This document shows positions 1 to 12,879 of a stretch of DNA of 64,000 nucleotides, piece after piece. The stretch is from Mobula hypostoma. Taxonomy: Eukaryota. The stretch covers positions 173,974,001 through 174,038,000 of the forward strand of contig NC_086097.1 in assembly GCF_963921235.1 (NCBI RefSeq), written 5' to 3'. The position numbers and the translations under genes are program-made. The notes under the pieces are model-generated. The model made no database searches. It saw only the letters and a program-made list of their open reading frames with translations, and was not told the DNA's origin. Each line of letters opens with the position of its first letter. Positions within the stretch are counted from its first letter, which is position 1.

Positions 1-140
1 CAAAGTTAGGGCCTAGTTCCGATCACACGTTGAAATGCCGCTTCCTCCAACATCCTCCTCCTGCTGTCACTAACGCTTCCCCACAGGAGGACCAACGCCA
101 GTCTCTTCCAATATCCCGAAGCGCAACGCTCCCGCGCGGC

Positions 141-152
141 TGCGCCTGCGCA
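141..152. promoter_or_regulatory. NRF1 binding motif
   Basis: TGCGCCTGCGCA matches the NRF1 consensus (TGCGCATGCGCA, with the common central variant) inside a CpG-rich segment. Confidence 0.6.
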
Positions 153-204
153 ATCTTTCAATTTCGGCCAGAGAAAGAGGCAGGTGGCCACTGCGTTCAA
201 CGCG

Positions 205-502
205 ATGCCAAAACGAAGCGCGTCATTTCCGACGGCCCGTTACCTCCCCCCACCCTACCCGTAAGAGGCGGGACGATTATGGTGGTGTTGTACGTGTATT
301 GTGTTCAGGGAATACATATATGGTGGGAATCGGGACGATTGTCGAGCGTGAACAATCCTTTACACAAACGTTATAGCAATGGCCAACGATGCTGCTAGTT
401 CTCCTGTCTCCTCAGTATCCGGGAACTGGAGCTCGAGACCCCTACCGCCCGGGGCTCTGACCGATACCCTCTGACAGGATCTTCCATTGAACCGGGGCTG
501 AG
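205..502 (+). other. Candidate first two exons (205-260, 416-502) of a spliced transcript with a short open frame
   Basis: ATG at 205; donor CCC|GTAAGA at 260/261; pyrimidine tract ttctcctgtctcctcAG| at 415/416; donor GAG|GTAACA at 502/503; phases are compatible, giving MPKRSASFPTARYLPPPYPIRELELETPTARGSDRYPLTGSSIEPGL. No homology recognised. Confidence 0.3.
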
Positions 503-1627
503 GTAACACCCCTTTCATCCATTCCCCGGTTCCCGTTGAAGTCTTGTTTCTCTCTCCAAAGAGGCTGATTAACAGCAATTTCTAGTTTTATTTCAGCTTT
601 CCACCATCTATTGAATTTTGTTTTTGGGTGCTATGCAACTGGGTTTTTAACCACAGGAATGTCGCTCTCATGCATTCATTTGAAAGGGTAAAGGGATCTT
701 TTTCAAACACACAACTCAGTTTGAATTTTACATGCAATCTTTGCTGGTAAGAGTTGCTCGTTTTACAACCAAGAAACTGCAAGAGTTTAAAACAATGTCC
801 TCTTCGTCGCAAAGTTCAATCCTACAATTACGTTAATACTTTTTGTACAAGCTTACATTTTTAACATAGTTTGAAGAACTTTGAAATAAAAGTTGCATTT
901 CATTGCAAAGCTGAATACATGTGTATTGAACTGGGTTGATCAGACCCAAAAAAAAACAAATAATTTGAGTGTCCAGGAGATGTGGTAAGAAGTGTACACA
1001 ACAGAGTAACTTAAGCCTAATTATCATAAAATAGAAAACACAAATAATCCACATAAAATACTACGTAGTATTGTCACAAAGATTTCAGGGTTCTTGGTCG
1101 CTCCTCGATTGTCGCTTCTGTCAGGGGACTTGATTAGTGCTGTTGTTGGGGGAACTCCGAATTGTGACTCGTGAAATCACCGTGTCCGTCCTCGGCATCG
1201 ATCGCAATCTCTCGGTCTGGGTGAAGTCCCAAGAACTGAGCGAAAGGTGCCTCAATAAATAGGTGTTCAATACATAAGCATAGCGAGACAGAGACAGGTA
1301 AATTATTTCACCTTTTGTTCTCATGCCCCTAACTCAGCATGGTTTCTTTCATTCAAACAACTTGTGTTAGGCAGACATCCTGATGCCACTGTGCCAGGGA
1401 AGACTCCAGCTGCTATCAATAAACATTAGATATTAACAATCCTGCAGTGTTAATGCTTGTACAGACACAGTGACACCTTACATTTTGCGAGCTAACAAAG
1501 TGTCACTTGGAGCTCTTCAGATTTTCATCCAATATTTGACAAAATTTAATACATCAGAACAACTTGTATTAATGTTCAACAGTTTTATTTGAAAAGTTTA
1601 TGTGAGAAACTATGTAAAGTTTTAATA

Positions 1628-2110
1628 AGACCAGAAGATATAGGAGCAGAATTGGGCCATTTGGCCCATCCAGTATGCTCTACCATCCTATTGTGGTTGA
1701 TTTGTTATCCCTCCCAGCCCCATTTTCCTGCCTTCTCCCTGTAACCTTTGATGCCCTGATTAATCGAGAACCTATCAATCTCCACTTTAAATGTACTCAA
1801 TGACTTGGGCTGCAGAGCCATCTCTAGCAATGAATTCCACAGATTTGCCACCCTCTGGCTAATAAAATTTCTCCTCATCTTTGTTCTTAATGGATGTCTC
1901 TCTAGTCTAAGACTGTATCTTCTGGTCCTAGACTCGATCACAATAAGAATTGTCCTCTTGAGATCCACGCAATCTAGGTCTTTCAATATTCGATAGGTTT
2001 CAATGAGATTCCCCCTCATTCTTCTAAACTCCAGCAAGTACAGGCCCAGAGCCATCAAATGCTCCTCATACATTAACACTTTCATTCTCAGAATCATTCT
2101 TGTGGACCCT
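1628..2110 (-). mobile_element. CR1 LINE 3' fragment
   Basis: ORF 1705-2097 is the CR1 ORF2 C-terminus (YEEHLMALGLY..LEFRRMRGNLIETY..NLWNSL), followed by the CR1 3' UTR/tail. Confidence 0.9.
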
Positions 2111-2789
2111 CTCAGTGCACTTTATTGATGTGCAGTTGATGTTCTATGGCATCCACTGTTTTTATTAGTGAGAGATGAAATCATTGGAAGAAGCACAAAT
2201 GAGAAAGCCAACGAATAGAAGCAAACATCAGAATCAGTAGGCAAGGATCAAGGAAGATTCAATAAGTGTTTCAATAACAAGTATAGAGCTAGCAAATGTT
2301 CATCTTAATAAATTTAATTCCAAATGATATGAATAGTGGCATTAATCAATGAAGCTTCTTTCTGTTTGGTGAATTCTGCCTGTCTTCTGCTAGTGAATCA
2401 ATTCTCCAAGGTGGAAAGAGAAATAAGGACCTAGAAAGGGCATGGATTGCGAGCTTTCATAAAGAGTAGCTTGGCTACACCACTGGATGACCGTCAAAGG
2501 ATACAGGTACCAGACTGGACCCATGGCAGTAGTGAGATAACCAACAGAAGAAAATAAGATGTCCTTGACCAGTCTAGCTTTTATAAATGTGTGATAATAT
2601 TGGTATGAAAGACCACTGCACAGACTTTATGCAGGCTAAGTGCTGTCTTCACACTGAGCACACCCCTTTTTTGTTTGCTAAAGCTGATTGATTCATAACA
2701 AATCCAGCACCTCAAAATTAAGCATGTGTCATAAAATTGTATTCCACAACAGTCTTTAACCTCATTGCTTGACATTCCTTGCTACAGGC

Positions 2790-4392
2790 TGCTGGAAGTA
2801 TTTCAGTTTTCAACTTTTGGAAATCTATATAATGAGATAGCTTGGGGATAGAATCCAAGTCTAAACACTAAATTCCATTTACATTACATATACAACTTAT
2901 ACATATACGCTGAAGTTAGTGTTATATAATACTTCAAAAATAATTTTGTGCATGAAACAATACATTGAACCATCAGAAAGGTAAGCTGTCACTACCTCAG
3001 CCACTCATGTTGACAGTCAGCGGCTATTTGGCATCGCCTTCATACCCAACTTTTAATTTATGTGCGACCGGTAAGCAGTCTTTCTCTTATACTTGATCAT
3101 CGTACATATGTACTTAACAGCAAAAATTATTAAATATAACAAAAATCTAATGTGTGCGGGGTAACAAAAGCAATATTGGGAGAATACCTGAATAGGTTGT
3201 TAAGCAACAACAAGCAACAGTAGGGTTTCAGTCTTCACCTATGATGTTGTGTCTTGATTAAAAGTTATAGTACATTGTGTTTGTATTTTACTTTTTTTAG
3301 GTTTTATATAGGTGTAAAATCAAAAGATTGATCTTAAATACAACGAAAACTGAGAAAAGGCAACATTTTATTTTTAGTGCAAGAACACACTCAAATATGG
3401 GATTTTAGTGGAGATGAAATTCAGATTTCACACTGTATTGTAATTACAGAAATAGCTAATGTTTTTCACTCACAAAATAAGTTAAATGCAGCACCAAACA
3501 CTGCACCTACAGCAGGTCTGAGAAACTTGAGGGAGAGGGTACATCATTGTGAGGAGGAACAGAAGAAGCAGTTGAGGGACCTGGAAGCTGATGCCCTTGG
3601 GATGAGGAGGCACTGTGCTATATGACTTTTTAAAATATTTCTTCCAGTGTCGTCTGCCTCATTGACAAAGATTTTTGTCATAACCATCTTCCTTTGATTT
3701 TATAAACTGACATGATTTCTTGTTCTATTTGAATGCATGCTGCCTTTCAATAAGTCCATCATGTTTTCACCATTTTGTCTGTGGGCACCTTTTCTACTGT
3801 GTTAACAATATGATCTTCACTGTTTATGATCAGATGCTAATCACTGCAAATCTTTAAAAATTTATTGCGGTGCAGTATTTTTCTATTTTTCATTAACCAG
3901 CTTAGAACTTTTCACAGTTTGTCCTTCAGTTCCTTCACATCATATATACTGGTCATTCCAACACGATACTACTCTGCCAGATGCTTCACACTTACACCAC
4001 TGTCAAGTTTTTCCAATAATTTGTCTTTCTGTGTTATAGCTAAACATAAGTACTTCCTGTTTTTACCCATAAAGGTAACTGCAAGCCTTCTTACATTTTC
4101 AACAATATCTTCACTGCACAGAGCAGAGTTTAAGACACATGGTGATCACTGTGAGTAATGCACGAAGGTCTAGCTATGATGACTGCTGAAAACAAACTGG
4201 CGCCAACTGGGCCCCACTCAGGGTGTGTGAGGTCACTCTCAGAATTGTCTGTGGTGTGCAGAGACCTGCACATTGCCTGGAAACCTTCCCAGCACCTTGT
4301 GGAATTTTGAATTTGTGACATCATGTCAGCGCTCAAAAAATTTCATATCTTGGAGGGTTTTGGATATTGGATTTTCGGGTAAGGGGTCTCAA
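2790..4392 (-). mobile_element. Degenerate Tigger/pogo-like (Tigger4/MER46-like) DNA transposon
   Basis: Terminal region (catgtcagcgctcaaaaaatttc...ggattttcgggtaagggg) resembles Tigger4/MER46 ends; minus strand ~4070-3900 translates to a decayed CENP-B/psq-type HTH (RKYLCLAITQKDKLLEKLDSGVSVKHL). Left boundary approximate. Confidence 0.65.
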
Positions 4393-5040
4393 TGGCTCTC
4401 CGCACAGCCTTGGACCACCTGGACAATGCAAATACCCATGTCAGGATGCTGTATAGCTCAGCATTTAGCACCATCTTTCCTGTAGTCCTGATCAAAAAGC
4501 TACAGAACCTAGGCCTTTATACCTCTCCCTGCAACTGGATCTTCGACTTCCTAACTGGAAGAACACAATCTGTACGAATTGAAAGTAATGTCTCCATCTC
4601 GCTGACAATTAACACTGGCGCTGCACGGGGATGTCTGCTTAGCCCACTGCTCTATTCTTTCTACACACATGACTGTGGCTAGGCGTAGCTCAAGCAGCAT
4701 CTATAAATTTGCTGATGATACAACCTTTGTTGGCAGAATTTCAGATGGTGATGAAAGAGCGTACAGGAGTGAGACATACCAGTTAATTGAGTGTTGTTGC
4801 AACACAACCTTGCACTCAGCATTAGCAATACCAAAGGACCCATTATGGACTTCAGAAAGGATAAGACAAGGGACTACAAACCAATCCTCATAGTGGGATC
4901 AGAAGTGGAGAGAGTGAGTAATAATCAAGTTCCTGCGTGTCAATATCTCTGATATTGAGGACCTAACCTGAACACAACATTGATGCAGCTGTGAAGAAGG
5001 CAATGCAACGTCTATATTTCATTAGAAGACTCAGGAAATG

Positions 5041-7600
5041 TTATGATAGTCATGGGAGATTTTAACATGCAGGTCCATTGGGAAAATCAGGTTGGTAATG
5101 GATCTCAAGAGAGTGAATTTGTTGAATGCCTATGAGTTGGCTTTTTAGAGCATTTTGTCATTGACCTACTTAGGGGATCACCTATACTGGATTGAGTATT
5201 AGGTAATAAACCAGAGGCGATTAAGGAGCTTAAGGTAAAAGAACCTGTGGAGCCAGTGATCACAATATGATCGAGTTCAACTTGAAATTTGGAAGGGAGA
5301 AAGTAAAGTCTGATGTAGCAGTACTTCAGTGGAGTAAAGGAAATTACAGTAGTATGAGAGAGGAGTTGGCCAAAGTAAACTGGAAGGAGCTGCTGGCAGT
5401 GATGACAGCAGAGCAGCAGTGGTGTGAGTTTCTGGGAAAAATAAGGAAGATGCAGGACAAATGCACTCCAAAAACGAAGAAATACTCAAATGGCAAAATA
5501 GTACAACCATGGCTGACAAGGGATGTCAAAGTTAATGTAAAAACAAAAGAGAGGGCATACAACAAAGCAAAAACTAGCCGGAAGATAGAGGATTAGGAAG
5601 CTTTTAAAAACCGAAAGAGAGCAACTGAAAGAATCATTAGAAGGGAGAAGTTGAAATATGAAGATAAGCTAGCAAACAATATTAAAGTGGATAGTAAAAG
5701 CTTTTTCAAGTATGTGAAAAATAAAAGAGAGATGATAGTGGATATAGGAGAATGGGCACAAAAGTGGCAAATGAAATATAATGTTGGAAAATCCATGGTC
5801 ATGCACTTTGGTAGTAGGAATAAATGTGCGGACTATTTTCTAAAAGGAGAAAATCCAAAAATCTGAGTTGCAACGGAACTTGAGAGTCCTTGTGCATAAC
5901 GCCCTAAAGGTTAACTTGCAGGTTGAGTCAGTGATGAGGAAGGCAAATGCTCACATTCATTTCAAGAGGTCTAGAACAGCCATTCTCAATGGGGGCCCTG
6001 ACACATTTCAAGGGGGCCTCTGAAAACTGTGAGAAGAGGAGCCCCAAGTGTTTATGGGGGCCCTGGTAACTGAACTGATGAAATACCCAAACAGCAATCT
6101 TCATTAGAGTCAATAGTTTCCCTCCTATTTATAATATCTTTCCAACACACCGTTTGAATTCGGTGCACCTGGTAAATTCATTGCTTAAGCTCCTCTAACA
6201 CAGCTTCACTTCAGAGTCAGTCGCGAATCAGTGCACCAGGTCAATGTATTCAATCAATGGTTCTCCCATCCATTATCGCCATACTTCATTCTCCGAAGAT
6301 CAGCGTGTCTTGCTAGGCCTTTTTTAAACCAGTAACTTTAAAGTATATGTGTTTGGATATATTATACTTTAAGGTAGGTTGTGAAAAGTATTTATTACTG
6401 CATATGAAGTCACCAAAAAAAAATCCCTGGCTCCGGGTGAAGTACAACCCACCCAAGTTGAGGCAGAAACTCAAGAGAGTTTGATTGATCTTCAGAGTGA
6501 TATAACTGCACGTCGTCAGTTCAGTCAGTTTCAAAAAGATTTTTGGATCAAGAGTGATCTGCCAAATAAATTTACAGCACTGTGGGAAAAAGCCCAAAGA
6601 ATTTTTTATTGCCTTTCTCTCAACATATTTTGTTGAGAGCAGATTCTGCAAGGTAGTTTCCTTGACAAAATCCAGGAACAGAATTGCTATCGCAACAAGA
6701 GGTGACCTCCAACTGTCATTGTCTAATTTGGAGCCTGATATCATGAAACTTGCAGAAAAGCACCAAGCTCAAGGATTGCATTAGGCCTGACAGATGTTTA
6801 ATTTAATAGTCCTTTTTTTAAGTTTTGTCCAGTATGTCAGAATGTTCAAGTTTTCTTGGTGTTCAATAATAAATGATTTTCTGTCTGTTCGTGTTGTATC
6901 CATGTTTGAAAAGGGGGCCCTGGAACCTGAGAAGAGCTCCTAAGGGGGCTGTGGCCAAAAAATGGTTGAGATTCACTAGTCTAGAATACAAGAGAAGGAA
7001 TGTGATGCTGAGGCTTTATAAGGCACTGGTGAGGCCTCTCCTTGAGTATTGCGTACAGTTTTGGGCTCCTCATCTTAGAAGAGATGTGCTGGCATTGGAG
7101 ACAGTCTAAAGGAGGTTCACAAGGATGATTCCAGGAATGAAAGGGTTATCATACGAGGAAAGTTTGATGGCTCTGGGTCTGTACTCACTGGAATTTAGAA
7201 GGATGAGGGGGAATCTCATTGAAACCTTTCGAATGTTGAAAGGCCTAGACAGAGCAGATGGGGAAAAGATGTTTTCCATGGTGGGAGAGTCTCAGACAAG
7301 AGGGCACAACCTGAGGATGGAGGGGTGTCGATTTAAAACAGAAATGTGGAGAAATTTTTTTGGCCAGAGGGTGGTGAACTTGTGGAATTTGTTACCACAG
7401 GCAGCTGTGGAGGCCAGGTCATTGGGTGTATTTAAGACACAGCTTGATAGATTCTTGATTGGACATGGCATCAAAGGGTACGGGAAGAAGGCCAGGAAAT
7501 TGGGTTTAGGAGGGGAAGAAAGGAACAGCCATGATTGAATGTCGGAGCAGACGCAATGGACCAAATAGCCTAATTCTGCTGCTACGTCTTATGGTTTATG
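5041..7600 (+). mobile_element. Internally deleted CR1 LINE split by a hAT insertion
   Basis: ORF pieces 5267-5866 (ORF2 linker, EWAQKWQMKYNVGK) and 6987-7538 ([32 protein letters not shown]); CR1 tail near 7590. Confidence 0.9.
5977..6978 (+). mobile_element. Non-autonomous hAT-Charlie/Buster element
   Basis: Perfect 8-bp TSD GTCTAGAA (5969-5976 and 6979-6986); degenerate TIRs CAGCCATTCTCAA.. / ..TTGAGATTCACTA; remnant of the transposase C-terminal dimerisation region (STYFVESRF..KSRNRI..GDLQLSLSNLEPDIMKLAEKHQAQGLH) at 6554-6784. Confidence 0.9.
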
Positions 7601-9419
7601 GAGATTTGGTTTGTCAACTAAAACACTCAAAAACTTCTACAAATGTACCATGGAGAGCATGCTGACTGGCTGCATCACCATTTGGTGTGGAGAGCTGCTG
7701 TACAAGATCGAAATAAATTGCAGAAATTTGTAAAATTAGTCAGCTCCTTCATGGGCACCAGCCTCTGTAGTATCCAAGACTCCTTCAAGGAGCAGTGCCT
7801 GAGGAAGGCAGTGCCCATCATTAAGGATACCCATCACCCAGGTCACTGCCCTCTTCACACTGTTACTGTCGTGAAGAAGGTAAAGAAACCTGAAGGCATG
7901 AGTTCAGCGATTCAAGAACAGCTTCTTCCCCTTTGCCATCCGATTTCTAAGTGGACATTGAACCCATACTACTTTTTTTATTTCTGTTATTTTGCACTAC
8001 TTACTTTAACTTAACTATTTAATAGACACATATATACTTAGCGGAACTCAGGTTTTTTCCCTGTATTTATTTATCATGTATTTTATTGTACTGCTGCCAT
8101 AAAATTAACAAATTTCACAACATATGCCAGTGATACTAAATCTGATTCTGATTCATATATGTACCTAGCAACTTGTGGAAGTGCCAGTACATTTATCTTC
8201 CATCACCAGCAAATCACATTGCATTTCAGTTTCCACCTCCAAAGCTACATCATCTGTGCTTAAATTCCAGATACCATTCTGATGCATCTTATAGTACAGC
8301 ACTGCATTTCAAGTAAATGACTCCGCACCACCTCCTTGGATATCTAGAGACAAATGAGAACAGTTTTCCAGAGATAAGTGTAATTTATTGCTTTCAGCAT
8401 TCATATACTGTATATTCAAAGAAACTTGCAGGTGTGCAGTCTTTCAAACAGTTTGTCTTTTTGTAATTTGTAACTAATTAAGTAGTAATTAGCAGCCTAA
8501 CAAATATAAACAAAAAGCGACATTATTGTATTCAAGAGCCCATTTTATAGAAGTGGTTCTATGCATTTTGCCTGGAAAATTTATACTAGAGCTACAAATT
8601 CATTGGGAGGAGAGCTTCAGCGATTTTTGCTCACTCCAAGCATTGGGATGTTTAACTGTCCTTTTACTTTGGCTGTTTTCAATAGATCAAGCAAATACAA
8701 CACATACTAAATAATGGAATTGTACAAAAGCTTATATTTCATCCTTCACAATAGTATTGTCATATATTCTTCCAGATCTGTTCTAGCATTTCATAATTAT
8801 CATTTGAATTAGGGTGGATAATACTTGCATTAGGATCTGGCAAATCTGAGTTGTTTCTTTGTATATCTGGCAGATAAATTTCAGATGTCTGTTTCAGTTA
8901 CCATTTGCTGCGTAACATTTTTGTAAAGTAAATAAATCTTTTAAAAATAAGTAATTCTTATAATTGCTTGTTATTGTTCTGAAACCTTGTCCAGATAACT
9001 AAACTGTTTTAAATTTTAAAACAAATATTGGCCAGGTTTTCCCTCCTTGAGTATCAGCAAGTTTGGGATTCCCACCCAAGTGTGCACACATGCAGTTTTA
9101 AACCTTTGTTCTTGCATTTACCAGTAGGTTTCACATTTATTGTTTAATACCAGTTGTCCTTAAAGTGCTGATAAGTTTCTTGTTGAAGTGCTGCTCTCCT
9201 TCAAAAGAAAATATCTCCTAATACTTTTGACCAACCTTGATGAAGAATAACAATGTATTTCCAAGTCAAAAAGTTATTTACGTTGAAGAGGGACCTGGAG
9301 GAGTAATCATCCAGTGCACCTGCTATCCTTGGTTATAGATTTGGTCTGCTTTTCAGAACATGAAGATAAGTAATTACACAATTTTTATATGCGGTACACA
9401 GTGTAACCACAATGTACCA

Positions 9420-9810
9420 GTGATGGAGGGAATAAATATTTAGGATGGTATTCAGGAAGTGCTCTCTTCTCATTGCTGCCATCAAGGAGGAGAGCCTGAA
9501 GGCACACACTCAGTGATTCAAGACCCACTTCTTTCCTTCTGCCATACGACTCCTGAATAGACATTGAACCCATGAACATTACTGTACGTTTTTAAAAATA
9601 CTATTATTTCTGTTTTTGCAGTATTTTAATCTATTCAATATACATATATATGCCTACTGTAATTGAGCTTTTGCTTTCTATATTATGTATTGTATTGAAC
9701 TGCTGCTGCTAAGTTATCAAATCTCACGACATGTGCCAGCGATAAATATTCTGATTCTGAAACAAAATATTTCACAACATATGCCAGTGATATTAAACCT
9801 GATTTTGATC
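9420..9810 (+). mobile_element. Rex-Babar LINE 3' fragment
   Basis: Matches the 3' end of the copy at 7850-8152 (ctgccatcaagg..cagtgattcaagacc; ctgattctga tail, partly duplicated). Confidence 0.7.
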
Positions 9811-9924
9811 TCCCAGTTAAATAGGTACTGTTTTCTTATGGATATTGTCAAGTTTCTTACTGGTGCTTGACTTAGTACTCATCCAAGCAAGTGGCAAATA
9901 TTAAATCATTGCATAATCACTCTC

Positions 9925-12070
9925 TTTCTTTCTTTTTAAATCTTTTTATTGAATTAGTACACAAAAGGTAAACCCGATAGGCACTGATACACTGTTGCAA
10001 TATAACTTTACAAGAGATATTAATACACAAAAAGAAGTTAGTACAAACAGTGCAGTTTAGATATAAAATAACAAGGTAATATAATAGTATACTAATTTTC
10101 ATGCATGTCAATAAAGAAAAGAAAAAAAAAACAAAAAAAAACCACCGTGCAACTAATCTAAAAAGCAAAGCAAAGCAATGGGCTAACTAGGTATCAAGTA
10201 GAGTTAAACAATTTAAAACAATCACGTCCTCAAACCCGACCTCCATTAAAAACAGTTAAAAAGCAAGAAGGGAATGGAAATATGGACAGAGAGAGAAAAA
10301 AAGTTACATTAAATGAAGATGTTGAATAAAAGATCTCCAGGTCTGTTCAAATTTAAGTGAAGAATCATAAAGATTACTTCTAATTTTCTCCAAATTCAAA
10401 CATAGTATCGTCTGGGAAAACCAAAAGAACGTAGTTGGAGCATTAATCTCCTTCCAATGTTGTAAAATACATCTTTTCGCCATTAAAGTACGAAATGCAA
10501 TCAATCTACGGGCTGAAGGGGAAAGATTACTGGAAATTTTAGGTAATCCAAAGATAGCAGTAATAGGATGGGGAGAAATATCTATATTCAATACCTTTGA
10601 AATAATATTAAAAATGTCTTTCCAAAAAGTTTCCAAAGTAGGACAGGACCAAAACATATGAGTTAAGGAAGCTATCTCCCCATGACATATGTCACAAAGA
10701 GGGTTAATATGAGAATAAAAACGAGCTAATTTATCTTTGCTAATGTGCTCTATGGACAACTTTAAATTGAATTAGGGAGTGTTTAGAACAGATAGAGGAA
10801 GTATTGACTAGTTGTAAAATAAGCGCCCAGTCATCCGCCGAAATAATAAAGCCCAATTCCTTTTCCCAATCTGACCTAATCTTATCGAATGGAGCTTTTC
10901 TAAGTTTCATAATAGTATTATAAATAATAGCCGTTACACCTTTCTGACATGGATTAAGGTTAATTATAGTATCTAAAATATATGTGGGAGGTAGCATCGG
11001 AAAGGAAGAGAGTATAGTACTTAGGGAATTTCTAACTTGGAGATATCTAAAAAAATATATTCTTGGTAAGTTATATTTGTTAGATAATTGTTCAAAAGAC
11101 ATAAGGGAACTATCTAAAAATAAATCCAAAAACCATGAAATACCATTAGTCTTCCAAATTTGAAAGGCACGGTCCGTGGAAGAGGGAGGAAAGAATATGT
11201 TGCCTAAAATAGGATTCGCAAGCCCAAATTGATTAAGATCGAAAAATTTTCGGAATTGAAACCAAATATGTAAGGTATATTTAACTATCGAGTTACAAAC
11301 CTGTTTGTGGCGTTTCAAATCAAAAGGAAGAGAAGAACCTAAAATGGAACCAAGTGCATAACCTTGAGCAGATTGTAATTCCAATACTACCCATTTAAGA
11401 ATGGATAGTGTATCTTGATCAAGTAACCAAAATTTCATGTGTCGAATATTAATTGCCCAAGAATAGAATCTAAAGTTAGGTAATGCCAAGCCTTCATCTC
11501 TCTTAGCTTTCTGTAGATGTATTTTACCCAATCTCGGGTTTTTATTTTGCCAAATAAATGAAGAAATTTTAGAGTCAACTTTATCAAAAAAGGATTTTGG
11601 AACAAAAATCGGTAGTGCCTGAAATACATATAAAAATTTTGGAAGAATAAACATCTTAACAGCATTAATACGACCAATCAAAGTTAAATAAAATGGAGAC
11701 CATTTAAATGAAAGTTGAGTAATGTGATCGATTAAGGGTAGGAAATTAGTCTTAAATAAATCTTTATGTTTACAGGTAATTTTAATCCCAAGATATGAAA
11801 AATGATTATTAACCAATTTAAACAGAAGATTCTGATACAAGGGAACTTGCTATTAATCGGGAAAAGTTCACTCTTACTGAGATTTAACTTATAACCTGAA
11901 AAAAGACTAAATTGTGCTAATAAATCTAAAGCAGCAGGGATAGATTTTTTGAGGATTAGAAATATATAAAAGTAAGTCATCAGCATAGAGTGATACTTTA
12001 TGGGACTTTAAACCCCGAGTTATCCCAATAATATTTGGAGATTCTCAAATAGCAATTGCAAGAGGTTCTA
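9925..12070 (-). mobile_element. 5'-truncated L1-clade LINE (RT C-terminal half, thumb/DUF1891-like region, CCHC domain), frameshifted
   Basis: YADD at 11987-11976; FSLFSGYKLNLSKSE, FSYLGIKIT, GRINAVKMFILPKFLYVFQ, LCDICHGEIASLTHMFWSC; A-rich tail at ~9925-9950; flanking 16-bp TSD ttgcataatcactctc (9909-9924) / ttacacaatcactctc (12071-12086), 2 mismatches. Confidence 0.92.
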
Positions 12071-12879
12071 TTACACAATCACTCTCATCAATGGAGGTGA
12101 ATCATTGCCACAGGATACAGAATCTCTCAGCTGTTTTTGATGAGCTTACTAATGAATGCTGTCACACAGGGAACAGTTTAAATTAGACCTTACCTAACAT
12201 TTTTTGTATGTATTATTTCAAAAACTTCTCATAAATACATTCTATTAAGTTGACTTCTCAATTATTTTGTCAATTTGTTTTACCTATTTCTTTTATTTAC
12301 TGAAGATAATTTAACCCATTAGATTAACTTTGCTCAAAATTTTTTTTCGATTAATTTTGTCTCTAAATAGGTGGCCTTCAGACATTCTAACATGCAATTC
12401 TTGTTCCTTGTTAAATCTTAGTTCCATCCACACTCGCTTCTCCAGGTTGAGATTGCATTCTTCATCATTAGGGCTTCCCTCTTTTGTCTGTCTTTTCAGT
12501 AGTCAACTATTGTCACCGTACAGCCATAACTTTGTAACAGCAATTAGTCAGATCTATTTTATCCATTAGGTATCTGTTTGTTTTGAATGTTAGCTAATTT
12601 TTAACCACTTTTGAAAATTGTATATTTTAATAGGTATACGGTAATGATATCAGTAAACACCACTGCAATTTTCTATCATATTCTGCTTGATACCCAAATT
12701 GCTGCTTTTTTTAAAATTTAAAGCCTGCACTTACTGTTGTTCTTCAAAAGGTTGTGATAAACTGCTGTCTTGAACCACAACTGAAGATAATCCTACAGTG
12801 CTGTTGCGGAGGAAATTCCAAAATTTAGATCCAGCAATAATGAAAGAGTGACAGTATATTTCCACATCACTTCTATGTT

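Larger units (their letters stand above)
1..600. promoter_or_regulatory. CpG-rich promoter-like region (possibly bidirectional)
   Basis: Visibly high GC and CpG compared with the following AT-rich DNA; NRF1-type site TGCGCCTGCGCA at 141-152; ETS-like GGAAGCGG on the minus strand near 38-45; splice-donor-like motifs on both strands. Confidence 0.6.
4393..8152 (+). mobile_element. Rex-Babar LINE fragment (4393-~5040 and ~7601-8152), interrupted by a CR1 that itself contains a hAT
   Basis: RT motifs ALRTALDHLD..CNWIFDFLTGRTQ..GCLLSPLLYSFYTHDC..KFADDTT; sequence resumes at ~7601 and ends in a (tctgat)n tail at ~8141-8152. Confidence 0.85.

Noticed and set aside
6..53. MLEEA... start resembling the nicalin N-terminus
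   Set aside because: Similarity ends after five residues; no gene symbol can be supported.
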